The notes under the pieces were generated by a model, which was given only the letters and a program-made list of their open reading frames with translations, did no database searches and was not told where the DNA came from. 64,000 nucleotides of DNA, taken from contig JBGQNE010000016.1 of NCBI GenBank assembly GCA_041500985.1, forward strand, positions 3,372-67,371, read 5' to 3'. The position numbers were made by a program, and so were the translations under genes. This DNA comes from Terriglobia bacterium. Its GTDB lineage: Bacteria; Acidobacteriota; Terriglobia; Acidiferrales; UBA7541. Every line of letters starts with the position of its first letter. Positions within the stretch are counted from its first letter, which is position 1. This document shows, piece after piece, positions 39,367 to 48,452 of this stretch.

Positions 39367-40332
39367 CTATTCGCGGAGGTGGAAGCGGAGGAGGCGGGCG
39401 GCGGGGGCGTCGAGGAGGAGACATTCGCCTTCGGAGGAGAGGGCGATGCGCGTGGGGGAGGGAGCGGGGCCGGCGATCCAGGCGTCGAGGTCTTCGCGGC
39501 GGCGATATGTGCCGTTGAGGGACCACAGGTGCAGGGCGTGGTTTTTGGGGTCGGCGGCGACGAGCATGCGGGCGGTGAAGGAAAAGCCGGCGAGTTGCGC
39601 GCCATCGCCGGGAACGGTGAAGGTGCGCTGCCATTCGCCGGAGGGATGGAAGACATGGATCACCGGGCGGGAGGATTCGCTGACGTAGAGGAAACCGTCG
39701 GGACCGATGGCCAGGGCGGCGGGTTCTTCGAGGGCGACGGCGGAGTGATTTTTTCCGGTGGCCCAGGTGGCTTCAAGGCGCCCGCGGCGGCTATAGCGGC
39801 GGATGCCGAAAGGTTTTCTGCCGGCGATGAAGAGAGAGCCGTCGGGGTCCACGGCGACGCGCAGGCTGCCGCGGAACTGCTTGGCGGGAGCGATGCGCAT
39901 CTCGCGATAGCGGCGGCCGTCGGGGTAGTAGATGATGACGCTGCCGCGGCGCGCTTCGGCGACGTAGATGGCGCCGCCCTGGTCCACGGCGATGTCCGAG
40001 GGCTGGAGGTTGAGGCGGTCGTCCTGAAAGGAGAGGCGGGGCTGGCCGGAGAAGGAGAATTTATTGACGAAGCCGCTGGCGGCGTCGGCGAGGTAAACAT
40101 TTCCAACGGGATCGGCGGCGAGGCCGATGGGAGAGGAGATCTGGCCGGGGCCGGAGCCGCGCGTGCCCCAGGCGCCTTGATATTCCAGCGCGGAGGAGGT
40201 GGAGGCGGTGACGAGGGGTTCGGCGCGATTGCAGGAGGCGAGAAGGAGAAGGGCGGGAATGGTTCCGAAAAATAGAGAGAGGAAGAGAGGACGATTTGCG
40301 CGCAGGATCTTTTGAGTCATTCGCACTAGCAA
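39367..40332 (-). CDS. NHL-repeat beta-propeller lipoprotein
   Basis: LASC lipobox; GSGPGQISSPIGLAAD, PSDIAVD, PAALAIGPDG repeats. Confidence 0.88.
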   Translation of the reverse strand: MLVRMTQKILRANRPLFLSLFFGTIPALLLLASCNRAEPLVTASTSSALEYQGAWGTRGSGPGQISSPIGLAADPVGNVYLADAASGFVNKFSFSGQPRLSFQDDRLNLQPSDIAVDQGGAIYVAEARRGSVIIYYPDGRRYREMRIAPAKQFRGSLRVAVDPDGSLFIAGRKPFGIRRYSRRGRLEATWATGKNHSAVALEEPAALAIGPDGFLYVSESSRPVIHVFHPSGEWQRTFTVPGDGAQLAGFSFTARMLVAADPKNHALHLWSLNGTYRRREDLDAWIAGPAPSPTRIALSSEGECLLLDAPAARLLRFHLRE

Positions 40333-40411
40333 GGGCGCTCCACTTGGAAGATCAGGAACGAATTGATTTTCTCCGCTTGCGGAGGCGCATGCAAGTTGAA
40401 ATGCGGAAACA

Positions 40412-41461
40412 TCAATGAGCCGGCGGCAGGAGCGGAGAAGAGGGCAAGGGAGGAGCGTTGCGGATGCGGCGCACGATGGTCTGTTCGAGGCGGAAGACGT
40501 ACTCTTCTTTCTTGACGCTCATGGCGTTGAAGCGGAATTCAGGTTCGCCCCTGGGGCCTTTCCCGACGCGGATGGGCAGCGAGCCGCAAAGTTGATTATC
40601 GAGAAAGGCGGTTTCGTAGCGGGAGCGCTTAACGTTCCAGGTGAAGACGCGGAAGGCGGTGATATCGCAGGGCTGGCCTTCGGGACCGCGGGCGCCAGCG
40701 ACAAGATATTGGGGTTTGTCACCGGAGGGATCGGGAACACGATTGAGTTCGAACCAGGCGAGTGGGCGCAGCTCGGAGGCGAGCGTCTGGACGCGGACGG
40801 CGCCGGGGAGATCAAGTTCGATGAAGCGGGCCACGACCCAGCCGGCCACGGGGACGGGCTCTTCGCTCAGGCTCTGCACGCCGGGAGCGTCGGGGCGAAT
40901 GGCGGCTTCACCGGGAGCGGAGGAGGAAAAGCCGCGAACAAGGAACCAGTCTTCTTTCCTGGATTCCTGGGAGGCGTCGGGAGAGTCCTTCTCATCGGCG
41001 GCCTGGACCCAGTCGGCGACGGCGCGGCCGACAACTTCGAGGGGGACGCCGCGGGAGAATTGATAGAGACGGGGAGAGGAGCGGCCGGGTTCGGAGCGCA
41101 AATTGGTTTTGACTTTGGTGCGGCCGGGGGATTGCAGAGGAAGGGCGCGGGCCTGTTCGAGGAGCCGGGCACACTTGAGCCAGAGATCGGGCGGCATGAG
41201 GCGGCTGCCATCAACCCAGCCGGTAAGTTTGTCTTTGGTGCGGACCTGGACGTTTTCATTGCGGCGGCGCAGGACGGCGACCGAATCGCCGTAGTGGAGA
41301 GTGGCGAGGGGAGTGCGCACCTGGGCCAGGCTGCTAAAGAGGGTGAGGTTGCGATCGCTGACAAAGGCGGAAGCGAGGGGTTTGGCCGGGGGGCGAAACC
41401 ACCAGGCGAGGAGAGCGACGAGGGCGAGAAGCGGGATGGCCAGGAAAAGAGTGCGCTTCAC
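40412..41461 (-). CDS. Membrane-anchored protein with bacterial SH3-like domains
   Basis: N-terminal TM; VQVRT..GWVD, NLRSEPG, WFLVR..GWV. Confidence 0.75.
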   Translation of the reverse strand: MKRTLFLAIPLLALVALLAWWFRPPAKPLASAFVSDRNLTLFSSLAQVRTPLATLHYGDSVAVLRRRNENVQVRTKDKLTGWVDGSRLMPPDLWLKCARLLEQARALPLQSPGRTKVKTNLRSEPGRSSPRLYQFSRGVPLEVVGRAVADWVQAADEKDSPDASQESRKEDWFLVRGFSSSAPGEAAIRPDAPGVQSLSEEPVPVAGWVVARFIELDLPGAVRVQTLASELRPLAWFELNRVPDPSGDKPQYLVAGARGPEGQPCDITAFRVFTWNVKRSRYETAFLDNQLCGSLPIRVGKGPRGEPEFRFNAMSVKKEEYVFRLEQTIVRRIRNAPPLPSSPLLPPAH

Positions 41462-42543
41462 TGTTCGTCTCCAAAGCTGATGCCCACGGAACGGGCGGTG
41501 CGCACGATTTCGCTCGAGGGGTCGACGAGTTTGAGATGGGCCACGGCGTCCTCGATGAGAACGGAAGTGATTTCGCCGGAGCGCAGGCAGACCATTCTGC
41601 CGAATTCGCCGCGGGAGATGAGTTCGCTGGCGGCCACGCCGAAGCGGGTGGCCAGGATGCGGTCATAGGGACTGGGAGAGCCGCCGCGCTGGACGTGGCC
41701 CAGGACGGTGACGCGCAGTTCCTTCTGAAGCATTTCGCGGAGGGAGAAGGCGATGGTGTTGGCGACACTGCCAGGCTGGGGAGGAGGAATGGGCTTGCCG
41801 AGAGGGTCCGTGGCGGGGATCTTGACGCCTTCGGAAACGACGATGAGGCTGAAATTCTTGCCGGACTCCTCGCGTCTGGCGATGGCGCGGGCGATGGATT
41901 CGAACGTGAAGGGGATTTCCGGAATGAGGATGATGTCGGCGCCGCCGGCAATGCCGGAATGGAGAGCGATCCAGCCGGCATCGCGGCCCATGACTTCGAT
42001 GAGCATGACGCGGTGATGGCTTTCGGCGGTGGTGTGCAGGCGGTCGATGGCTTCGGTGACGATGTGCAGGGCGGTGTCGAAGCCGAAGGTGACTTCGGTG
42101 GCGGAGAGGTCGTTATCAATGGTTTTGGGAACGCCGACGACAGGAAGGCCGAGGCGGAAGAAATCGCGGGCGATGCTCAGCGTGCCGTCGCCGCCGATGA
42201 CGACGAGAGCGTCCAGGCCGATGGAGCGAACATTTTCAAGGCAGCGCGCGGAAAAATCCTGGACGACTTCCCTGCCGTCAACGATCTGGCGGTAGGCGAA
42301 GGGGTTGCCACGGTTGGTGGTGCCCAGGATGGTGCCCCCGCGGGGGAGGATGCCGCTGACGGAATTCCAGGTGAGGGGGAGGCAGGTTTCCGGCCAGATG
42401 AGGCTGTCGAAGCCGTTGCGGATGCCGATGACGCGCCAGCCGAAACGGCCGATGGCGGATTTGACCACGCCGCGAATGACGGCATTGAGGCCGGGAGCGT
42501 CGCCACCGCCGTTGGCCACTCCGATGGTTCGTGTAGCGCCCAT
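41458..42543 (-). CDS. pfkA: 6-phosphofructokinase, probably ATP-dependent (GGDG)
   Basis: GGGDAPGLN, GGDGT, PKTIDND, EVMGR, LGHVQRGG. Confidence 0.93.
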   Translation of the reverse strand: MGATRTIGVANGGGDAPGLNAVIRGVVKSAIGRFGWRVIGIRNGFDSLIWPETCLPLTWNSVSGILPRGGTILGTTNRGNPFAYRQIVDGREVVQDFSARCLENVRSIGLDALVVIGGDGTLSIARDFFRLGLPVVGVPKTIDNDLSATEVTFGFDTALHIVTEAIDRLHTTAESHHRVMLIEVMGRDAGWIALHSGIAGGADIILIPEIPFTFESIARAIARREESGKNFSLIVVSEGVKIPATDPLGKPIPPPQPGSVANTIAFSLREMLQKELRVTVLGHVQRGGSPSPYDRILATRFGVAASELISRGEFGRMVCLRSGEITSVLIEDAVAHLKLVDPSSEIVRTARSVGISFGDEQ

Positions 42544-42674
42544 AGCGCGCGAATAAACCTCCGGATGATTGTACCCGATTTGCGGAACGTTCCGCCGCAA
42601 AGGGAAATTCTGCTAGACTCGGTAACCGATGAAGGGCGGCCGAAGAGGGTGAGCCGCGGAGGAGAGAGTTTCCC

Positions 42675-43085
42675 GTGAAACGATTCGGAAAGCTGCAACC
42701 GGTGACGCTGCTGATCCTGCGGCTGGCGCTGGGAATAATGTTCTTCACGCATGGTTATCCCAAGCTGGCGGGGCCGAGCGCGGGGTTTGTGGCGTTCTTC
42801 ACGCAGCACGGGCTGCCCGGATTCCTTGTGTATGTCGCGGGAGTGCTGGAGGTGTTCGGAGGCATGCTGCTGGTGCTGGGGCTCTTCACGCGGGTGACGG
42901 CGATGCTGCTGGCCGCGGAGATGGGCGTGGCCATCTGGAAAGTGCACCTGGCCAAGGGATACCTGGCCTTCCACGAATACGAATTCCCGTTGATCGTGGG
43001 AGCGGCGTGCCTGGCGCTGGCCAGCGTGGGAGCGGGGATGATCTCGATCGACCGGCCGCTGTTTAAGGACAAGGCCGGGAAATAG
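42675..43085 (+). CDS. DoxX family membrane protein
   Basis: LRLALG, HGYPKL, E..GG...LGLFTR, GAGMISID. Confidence 0.9.
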   Translation: MKRFGKLQPVTLLILRLALGIMFFTHGYPKLAGPSAGFVAFFTQHGLPGFLVYVAGVLEVFGGMLLVLGLFTRVTAMLLAAEMGVAIWKVHLAKGYLAFHEYEFPLIVGAACLALASVGAGMISIDRPLFKDKAGK

Positions 43086-43136
43086 GCATGGGGTTGGGGA
43101 GTTTCCGCGTTCGTTGTTCTGGTGAGTTGAGCCGCG

Positions 43137-43181
43137 GTTGAGATCCTTCGGCGAACCTTATCGGTTCGCCTCAGGATGACA
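43137..43181. repeat. Intergenic palindromic repeat, half copy between convergent genes
   Basis: GTTGAGATCCTTCGGCGAACCTTATCGGTTCGCCTCAGGATGACA. Confidence 0.85.
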
Positions 43182-43214
43182 CGCCCATAGTAGTTTAATT
43201 TTCTACAGAGCCAA

Positions 43215-44399
43215 TCAGGTGGTGTGCACGGTGCCGAGGAGCACGGGCATGCCCAGTTTTCCCGTGTACCTGGGGCGGAAGCGGCCGATATTGTACATGC
43301 GCTCGATGTCCAGCTTGCGCGGGCCCATTTTGGGGTCGGGCAGAGGGGCGTGGGCGTATTTACCGTCCTGAACGCCGACGAGGCGGCCATGAATGCCGCC
43401 GCGCAGGAGGTCCATGGCGACATTGGCGAAGGTGATGGCCACCATCTGGTCGATGGCGTCGGGTTCGCCGCTGCGCAGGTCGTAGGTGAGGTCGCTGACG
43501 ATGGTGTCTTCTCCGGTGCGGTGCTTGATTTCCGCGGCGAGGGCGTGGCCGATATCCACTTTTTTGCGGTGGCCGTAAGCATCGGCTTCGCCGTATTCGC
43601 GGACTTCCTCGCCTTTCCAGACAGCTCCTTCGGAGGCGATCACCAGGGCATAGCGGCTGGGATTATTCTTTTTGTCCTCGACGAGGACTTCGATGAGGCG
43701 GCCGAGATCGAATTCGACTTCGGGAAGGACGCAGCGGGTGGAGGTGACGTAGGCGGTGTAGAGTGCGGTGAAGCCGGCGTCGCGGCCGAAGATGCGGAAG
43801 ATGCCGATGCGCTCGTGGGAGCCGATGGTGGTGCGCTGGCGGGTGATGAGATCCTTGGCACGGGTGATGGCGGTGGAAAAGCCGATGCAGTATTCGGTGC
43901 CCTGGACGTCGTTGTCCATGGTCTTGGGAATACCAATGATGGGGACGCCGGCATCCTCGAGAACCTGGGCGTAGCTGAGGGTATCGTCGCCGCCGATGGC
44001 GATGAGGCAATCGAGGCCGAGGGAGGCGATGTTATCGAGAACGACGGGAGTGAAGTCGTAGAGGCCGCCGGCTATCTCCATGGAGCGCAATTTTTCGGGG
44101 GAAATGTGCGCGGGGAGCTTGGGCTTTTTCATTTTGCGGGCGTTGGTGCGCGAGGTGTGCAGGACGGTGCCGCCGGTGCGGTCGATGTGGCGGGTGTTGA
44201 TGCGGTCGAGGGGGCGGATATATTCCTCGTCGGGGAGCAGGCCGGGGCGCATGTGGGTGAGGCCCTGCCAGCCGCGGCGGATGCCGATGACGTCGGCGCC
44301 CATTTCCGAGGCGTTATAGACGACGCTCTTGATGACGGGATTGAGGCCGGGGACGTCGCCGCCGCCGGTGAGGATGCCGATGCGCTTGATGGGTTTCAT
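43215..44399 (-). CDS. Phosphofructokinase family protein, probably PPi-dependent (GGDD)
   Basis: GGGDVPGLN, GGDDT, PKTMDND, RIFGR. Confidence 0.9.
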   Translation of the reverse strand: MKPIKRIGILTGGGDVPGLNPVIKSVVYNASEMGADVIGIRRGWQGLTHMRPGLLPDEEYIRPLDRINTRHIDRTGGTVLHTSRTNARKMKKPKLPAHISPEKLRSMEIAGGLYDFTPVVLDNIASLGLDCLIAIGGDDTLSYAQVLEDAGVPIIGIPKTMDNDVQGTEYCIGFSTAITRAKDLITRQRTTIGSHERIGIFRIFGRDAGFTALYTAYVTSTRCVLPEVEFDLGRLIEVLVEDKKNNPSRYALVIASEGAVWKGEEVREYGEADAYGHRKKVDIGHALAAEIKHRTGEDTIVSDLTYDLRSGEPDAIDQMVAITFANVAMDLLRGGIHGRLVGVQDGKYAHAPLPDPKMGPRKLDIERMYNIGRFRPRYTGKLGMPVLLGTVHTT

Positions 44400-44548
44400 G
44401 GACGGTCCTTCGTGGAACGGATATCTAAGCTAAATCGATTTACTATTATACATGAAGTTTTCCGCGGGGATATCCTCCGCTCCATTGCTTCTTTACAGAA
44501 TACCAAAACGGAAGGGGTTCGGCTAGCCACCGGCGGGCGGACAGCGCC

Positions 44549-45055
44549 TCAGGCCGCGGCGACGCCGCCGTGGGAGGGATGAGCGACGGGAGCTTCCGGG
44601 ATGACGATCCAGCAGACGATGTAGGCGATGATGCCGGTGCCAGTGAGGCCCAGGATCAGCCAGACGACGCGGACCAGGGTGACGTCGAGGGCGAAATATT
44701 CGGCCACGCCGGAGCAGACGCCGCCGAGTTTGGCATCGGTAACCGAGCGCCGGAGGCGCTTCCGCGAAGCAGCCGGAGTGGCGGCGGGAGCTTCGGGAAT
44801 GACGATCCAGCAGGCGAGGTAGACGAGGATGCCGGCGCCGGCGAAGGCGAGCAAAACCCACAGGATGCGGACGAGGGAGACATCGAGATCGAGGTAGTCG
44901 GCGAGGCCGGCGCAGACCCCGCCGATTTTCCTGTCGGAGACGGAGCGGCGCAGGACTTTTGCGCCGGACGGCGAGGCAGCGGGCTGGGCAGCGCCGCAGA
45001 AATAGCAGAATCGGGAATCTTGCAGGATTTCCTTCTGGCAGGATTGGCAAAGCAT
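44549..45055 (-). CDS. Zinc ribbon plus two tandem PspC domains
   Basis: CQSC..FCYFCG; two copies of LRRSV.D.K.GGVC.G.A.Y..LDV.LVR..W...Y..CWIVIPEAP. Confidence 0.9.
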   Translation of the reverse strand: MLCQSCQKEILQDSRFCYFCGAAQPAASPSGAKVLRRSVSDRKIGGVCAGLADYLDLDVSLVRILWVLLAFAGAGILVYLACWIVIPEAPAATPAASRKRLRRSVTDAKLGGVCSGVAEYFALDVTLVRVVWLILGLTGTGIIAYIVCWIVIPEAPVAHPSHGGVAAA

Positions 45056-45133
45056 GTGCACACCTCCACGGGAACAACCCCTATTGGATATACGGGGGCG
45101 GGGCGAAAAAAGTTCCCTGAGTTCCCTTTCGCG

Positions 45134-47290
45134 CTAGTAGCGCAGAAGTTCCTTCACCGCGGTCACGATGGACTCCGTCTGGGGAAGGATTTCGTCCTCG
45201 ACCTTGGGCTGGTAGGCGCAGAAGGTGTCGGCGGCGGCGACGCGCTTGACCGGAGCGTCCAGGTCGGCGAAGAGTTCATCGGCGATGCGGGCGGCGATTT
45301 CCGCGCCATAGCCCCAGGAAAGCATGTCCTCGTGGGCCACGATGACGCGGGCGGTCTTGCGGACGGAGGTGGCGATGGCTTCCCAATCGTAGGGAGCGAG
45401 GGAGCGCAGATCGAGGATCTCGACGGAGACGCCTTCCCTTTCCAATTGGGCGGCGGCGACTTCGGCGCGGTGCACGACGGCGCCATAGGTGACGATGGTG
45501 ACGGCGGAGCCCTGGCGGACCATGCGGGCCTTGCCGAAGGGGATGGTGAAATCGGGGCCGGGATATTCGGAGCGGTTATAAGGCTGGCGGTAGAGATGTT
45601 TGTGTTCGAGGAACATGACGGGGTCGTCGCAGCGCACGGCGGTGCGCAGCAGGCCGCAGACGTCGAGGGCGGTGGAAGGCATGACCACGCGCAACCCGGG
45701 AGTGTGGGTGAAGAGGACTTCGCCGCACTGGCTGTGATAGATGGCCCCGCCGGTGAGGTAGCCGCCGATGGGCACGCGGAGGACGGCGGGGGTCTTGAAA
45801 GCGCCATTGGAGCGCCAGCGCATGAGGCAGAGTTCATCACGGATCTGCATCATGGCCGGCCAGATATAATCGAAGAACTGGATTTCGGCGACGGGCTTGA
45901 GGCCGCGGGTGGCCATGCCGATGGCGCGTCCGACGATAGCGGCTTCGGCGAGGGGAGAATTGAAGACGCGGTCATGGCCGAATTTGCGCTGCAGGCCGGA
46001 GGTGGCCTTGAAGACGCCGCCTTTGCCCTTTACTTCTTTCAGGGCTTCTTCGCGGCTGCAGTCGGCGACGTCCTCGCCAAAGACGATGATGCGTTCATCG
46101 CGGGCCATTTCATCGGCGAGCGTGACGGCGACCATTTCCACCATGGTCTTGGCGGGACCGTGGAGGCGCGGAGCGGAGTCGAAGGAATTCGACGTGGGAT
46201 CCACATCGCGGGAATAGACGTGCAGGCGGTAGGAGCCGGAAGGGGCGAATTCGGCGGCCAGGGCGTGCTCGGTGGCTTCGCGGATTTCATGGTCCACTTC
46301 GGCTTCGAGGGCTTGCAGAGCTTTTTCGTCGAGGACGTTGTTGCGCACGAGGAAGAGCGCGAACTTGGAGATGGGGTCGCGGCGGGATTCGGCTTCGCGC
46401 TCGGCGGGGGTGCGGTAGAGCTTATCGTCGTCGGAGAGCGAGTGGGAATAGGAGCGGGCCACGTGGGCGTGAACCAGGGCGGGGCCGCGGCGTTCGCGGC
46501 AATATTCGACGGCCTGTTTGCAGACGGCGTAGCTTTCGAGGGGGTCGGTGCCGTCGCATTCGGCGATGTGCAATCCGGGGAAGCCCTGGACGAGTTTGGA
46601 GATGCTGCCGCCGGCGGTCTGGGCCTCGATGGGGACGGAGATGGCGTAACCGTTGTCCTCGATGAGGTAGAGCAGGGGAAGCTTCTTCATGCAGGAGGCG
46701 TTCAGGGATTCCCAGAATTCGCCTTCGCTGGTGGCGCCGTCGCCGGAGGAGACATAGACAATCTCGCGGGGGGCGTGGCGGGCCAGTTCTCTGCCGGGAG
46801 AAGAAGAGGCGCGCGCGAGGGCCTTGGGAAACTGGTCGTAGTAGAGCGTGGCCTCGGCGGAGCCCACGGCCTGCAGGAACTGGGTTCCGGTGCAGGAGGA
46901 GCGGCTGACGATATTGAAGCGGGGATGGCCCCAGTGGGAGGGCATCTGGCGTCCGCCGGAGGCCGGGTCGTCCTTGGCGCCGACGGCCTGCAGGAGCATA
47001 TCCAGAGGAGAGACGCCGAGCATCAGGCAGAGAGCGCGGTCGCGATAGTAGGAATAGACCCAGTCCTCGCCGGAACGCAGAAGAAGCCCCATAGCCGCGG
47101 TAACGGCTTCATGGCCGGCGCTGGAGATTTGGAAGAAGGTCTTGTTCTGGCGCTTGAGCTGGATTTCCTTGTCGTCAATACGGCGGGACTGGTACATGGT
47201 ACGGTAGAGACGCAGGAGGGTCTCGTGGTCCAGGCCGCCGAGCTTGGGAGCGTCCTGCCTGGCTGTCTTGATGCGCGTCTGAACCGCCAT
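45134..47290 (-). CDS. 2-oxoacid dehydrogenase E1, fused alpha/beta subunits (probably branched-chain)
   Basis: [18 protein letters not shown] motif; HSLSDD; FGEDVA; EIQFFDY. Confidence 0.93.
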   Translation of the reverse strand: MAVQTRIKTARQDAPKLGGLDHETLLRLYRTMYQSRRIDDKEIQLKRQNKTFFQISSAGHEAVTAAMGLLLRSGEDWVYSYYRDRALCLMLGVSPLDMLLQAVGAKDDPASGGRQMPSHWGHPRFNIVSRSSCTGTQFLQAVGSAEATLYYDQFPKALARASSSPGRELARHAPREIVYVSSGDGATSEGEFWESLNASCMKKLPLLYLIEDNGYAISVPIEAQTAGGSISKLVQGFPGLHIAECDGTDPLESYAVCKQAVEYCRERRGPALVHAHVARSYSHSLSDDDKLYRTPAEREAESRRDPISKFALFLVRNNVLDEKALQALEAEVDHEIREATEHALAAEFAPSGSYRLHVYSRDVDPTSNSFDSAPRLHGPAKTMVEMVAVTLADEMARDERIIVFGEDVADCSREEALKEVKGKGGVFKATSGLQRKFGHDRVFNSPLAEAAIVGRAIGMATRGLKPVAEIQFFDYIWPAMMQIRDELCLMRWRSNGAFKTPAVLRVPIGGYLTGGAIYHSQCGEVLFTHTPGLRVVMPSTALDVCGLLRTAVRCDDPVMFLEHKHLYRQPYNRSEYPGPDFTIPFGKARMVRQGSAVTIVTYGAVVHRAEVAAAQLEREGVSVEILDLRSLAPYDWEAIATSVRKTARVIVAHEDMLSWGYGAEIAARIADELFADLDAPVKRVAAADTFCAYQPKVEDEILPQTESIVTAVKELLRY

Positions 47291-47407
47291 TCGCTCTGCC
47301 CTCACAGGGAAAGTTTGCCGCGGGAACCGGAAAGCCCTTCTAGGAAAGTCTATTATACCGGAGCCCGATGGCCCGATTGAACCCCCTGATAATCCTTCGT
47401 GCCGTAT

Positions 47408-47815
47408 CTACCATTTTGGCCTGTCCGTGGCCAGAGCTTCAAAGCGCTGCTGCGTGGCGGCGAATTCGGGAGCGCCCGCGGGGATAACCTGTGGCGAAGC
47501 GCCCTTGAAAGGTTCTTCCTGAGGAATGCGCTGGAGCCAGCGCTGGCCGGTCATTTTCTCGTGATCGGAGAAATAGAGGCGCACGAGGAGTTTCACCGGG
47601 CCGCGCGCCGGCGCTTTTTCTTCCTTCGTTTTTGCTTTGCCTTTGGAGGCGGCCGCTTCGGCGGCAGGTTCGGCCGGGGAGTCGCCGCGGTCGAAGGCGA
47701 AGCGCAGCTTTTTATCGAGGCGGAAGGATTGCTTCCAGGTCTCCAGCTTGTGGCGGGCCTGTTGGGCCGTTTCTTCGCCCGTGGCGAAGTCGAAGGTCAG
47801 AAAGGTTTCGGGCAT
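47408..47815 (-). CDS. Hypothetical protein
   Basis: 135-aa ORF with coding-like composition and a Lys/Ala-rich internal loop. Confidence 0.7.
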   Translation of the reverse strand: MPETFLTFDFATGEETAQQARHKLETWKQSFRLDKKLRFAFDRGDSPAEPAAEAAASKGKAKTKEEKAPARGPVKLLVRLYFSDHEKMTGQRWLQRIPQEEPFKGASPQVIPAGAPEFAATQQRFEALATDRPKW

Positions 47816-47945
47816 GCGACAAGTTTGCGACTCCTGGGACGGCGAGTCAAGCCGGGAAAGCAGGCCAAGATGGGGGGCGCGCGGCGATTGCCGGCATGAA
47901 TTCCCTGCCTTCTATCGTATGATATGCGGAGAAGAAAGAGGCCGG

Positions 47946-48365
47946 ATGAAGAAGCAGCATTCCCATCGGAGCACTACCCTGCAAGCCGGTATTTGCCTGC
48001 TCGCCGTAGTGCTGCTGTATGCGCCCTGGACCGCGGCTGCGTTTTCCGGGCGGAGCGGGGAGAACTGCTGTGCGGCGGGACAATGTCCGGCGGGCGGGCG
48101 GCATCATTCGAAACCTCCGGCCGGGCCGGGTTCGGCGGTGAATTGCGGCCATGACCTGGCGAAGATGGCCGCCTGCACGATGGACTGCTGCCAGAGTCCG
48201 GAGCGATTGGCCAGCGCACCGCTGGCGTTTCTGCTGCCTCCGCGGGCACCGGGCCTTCAATTGCCTGGTCCCGGCAAATTCATCCAGGATTGGAAGGCCC
48301 GCGAGATTCCCCGGGCGATTGCGCCCGCTTCCCCGCCCCCGCGATCGATTGCCGCGGCCCTTTAA
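47946..48365 (+). CDS. Exported Cys/His-rich leader protein (DUF2946/CruR-like) upstream of the TonB receptor
   Basis: AGAGG SD; hydrophobic N-terminus; CC..C..HH and C.H...C...CC; C-terminal PASPPPR. Confidence 0.7.
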   Translation: MKKQHSHRSTTLQAGICLLAVVLLYAPWTAAAFSGRSGENCCAAGQCPAGGRHHSKPPAGPGSAVNCGHDLAKMAACTMDCCQSPERLASAPLAFLLPPRAPGLQLPGPGKFIQDWKAREIPRAIAPASPPPRSIAAAL

Positions 48366-48452
48366 CGGGCCACAGCCCCTACCCAGAAAAGTCCACGCGA
48401 ACCGCGGCGAAACCGCCGCCGGGGGCACATTCCATTGAGAGACAAAATATGT

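Noticed and set aside
44590-44960. DNA-level direct repeat
   Set aside because: Explained by two tandem PspC domains
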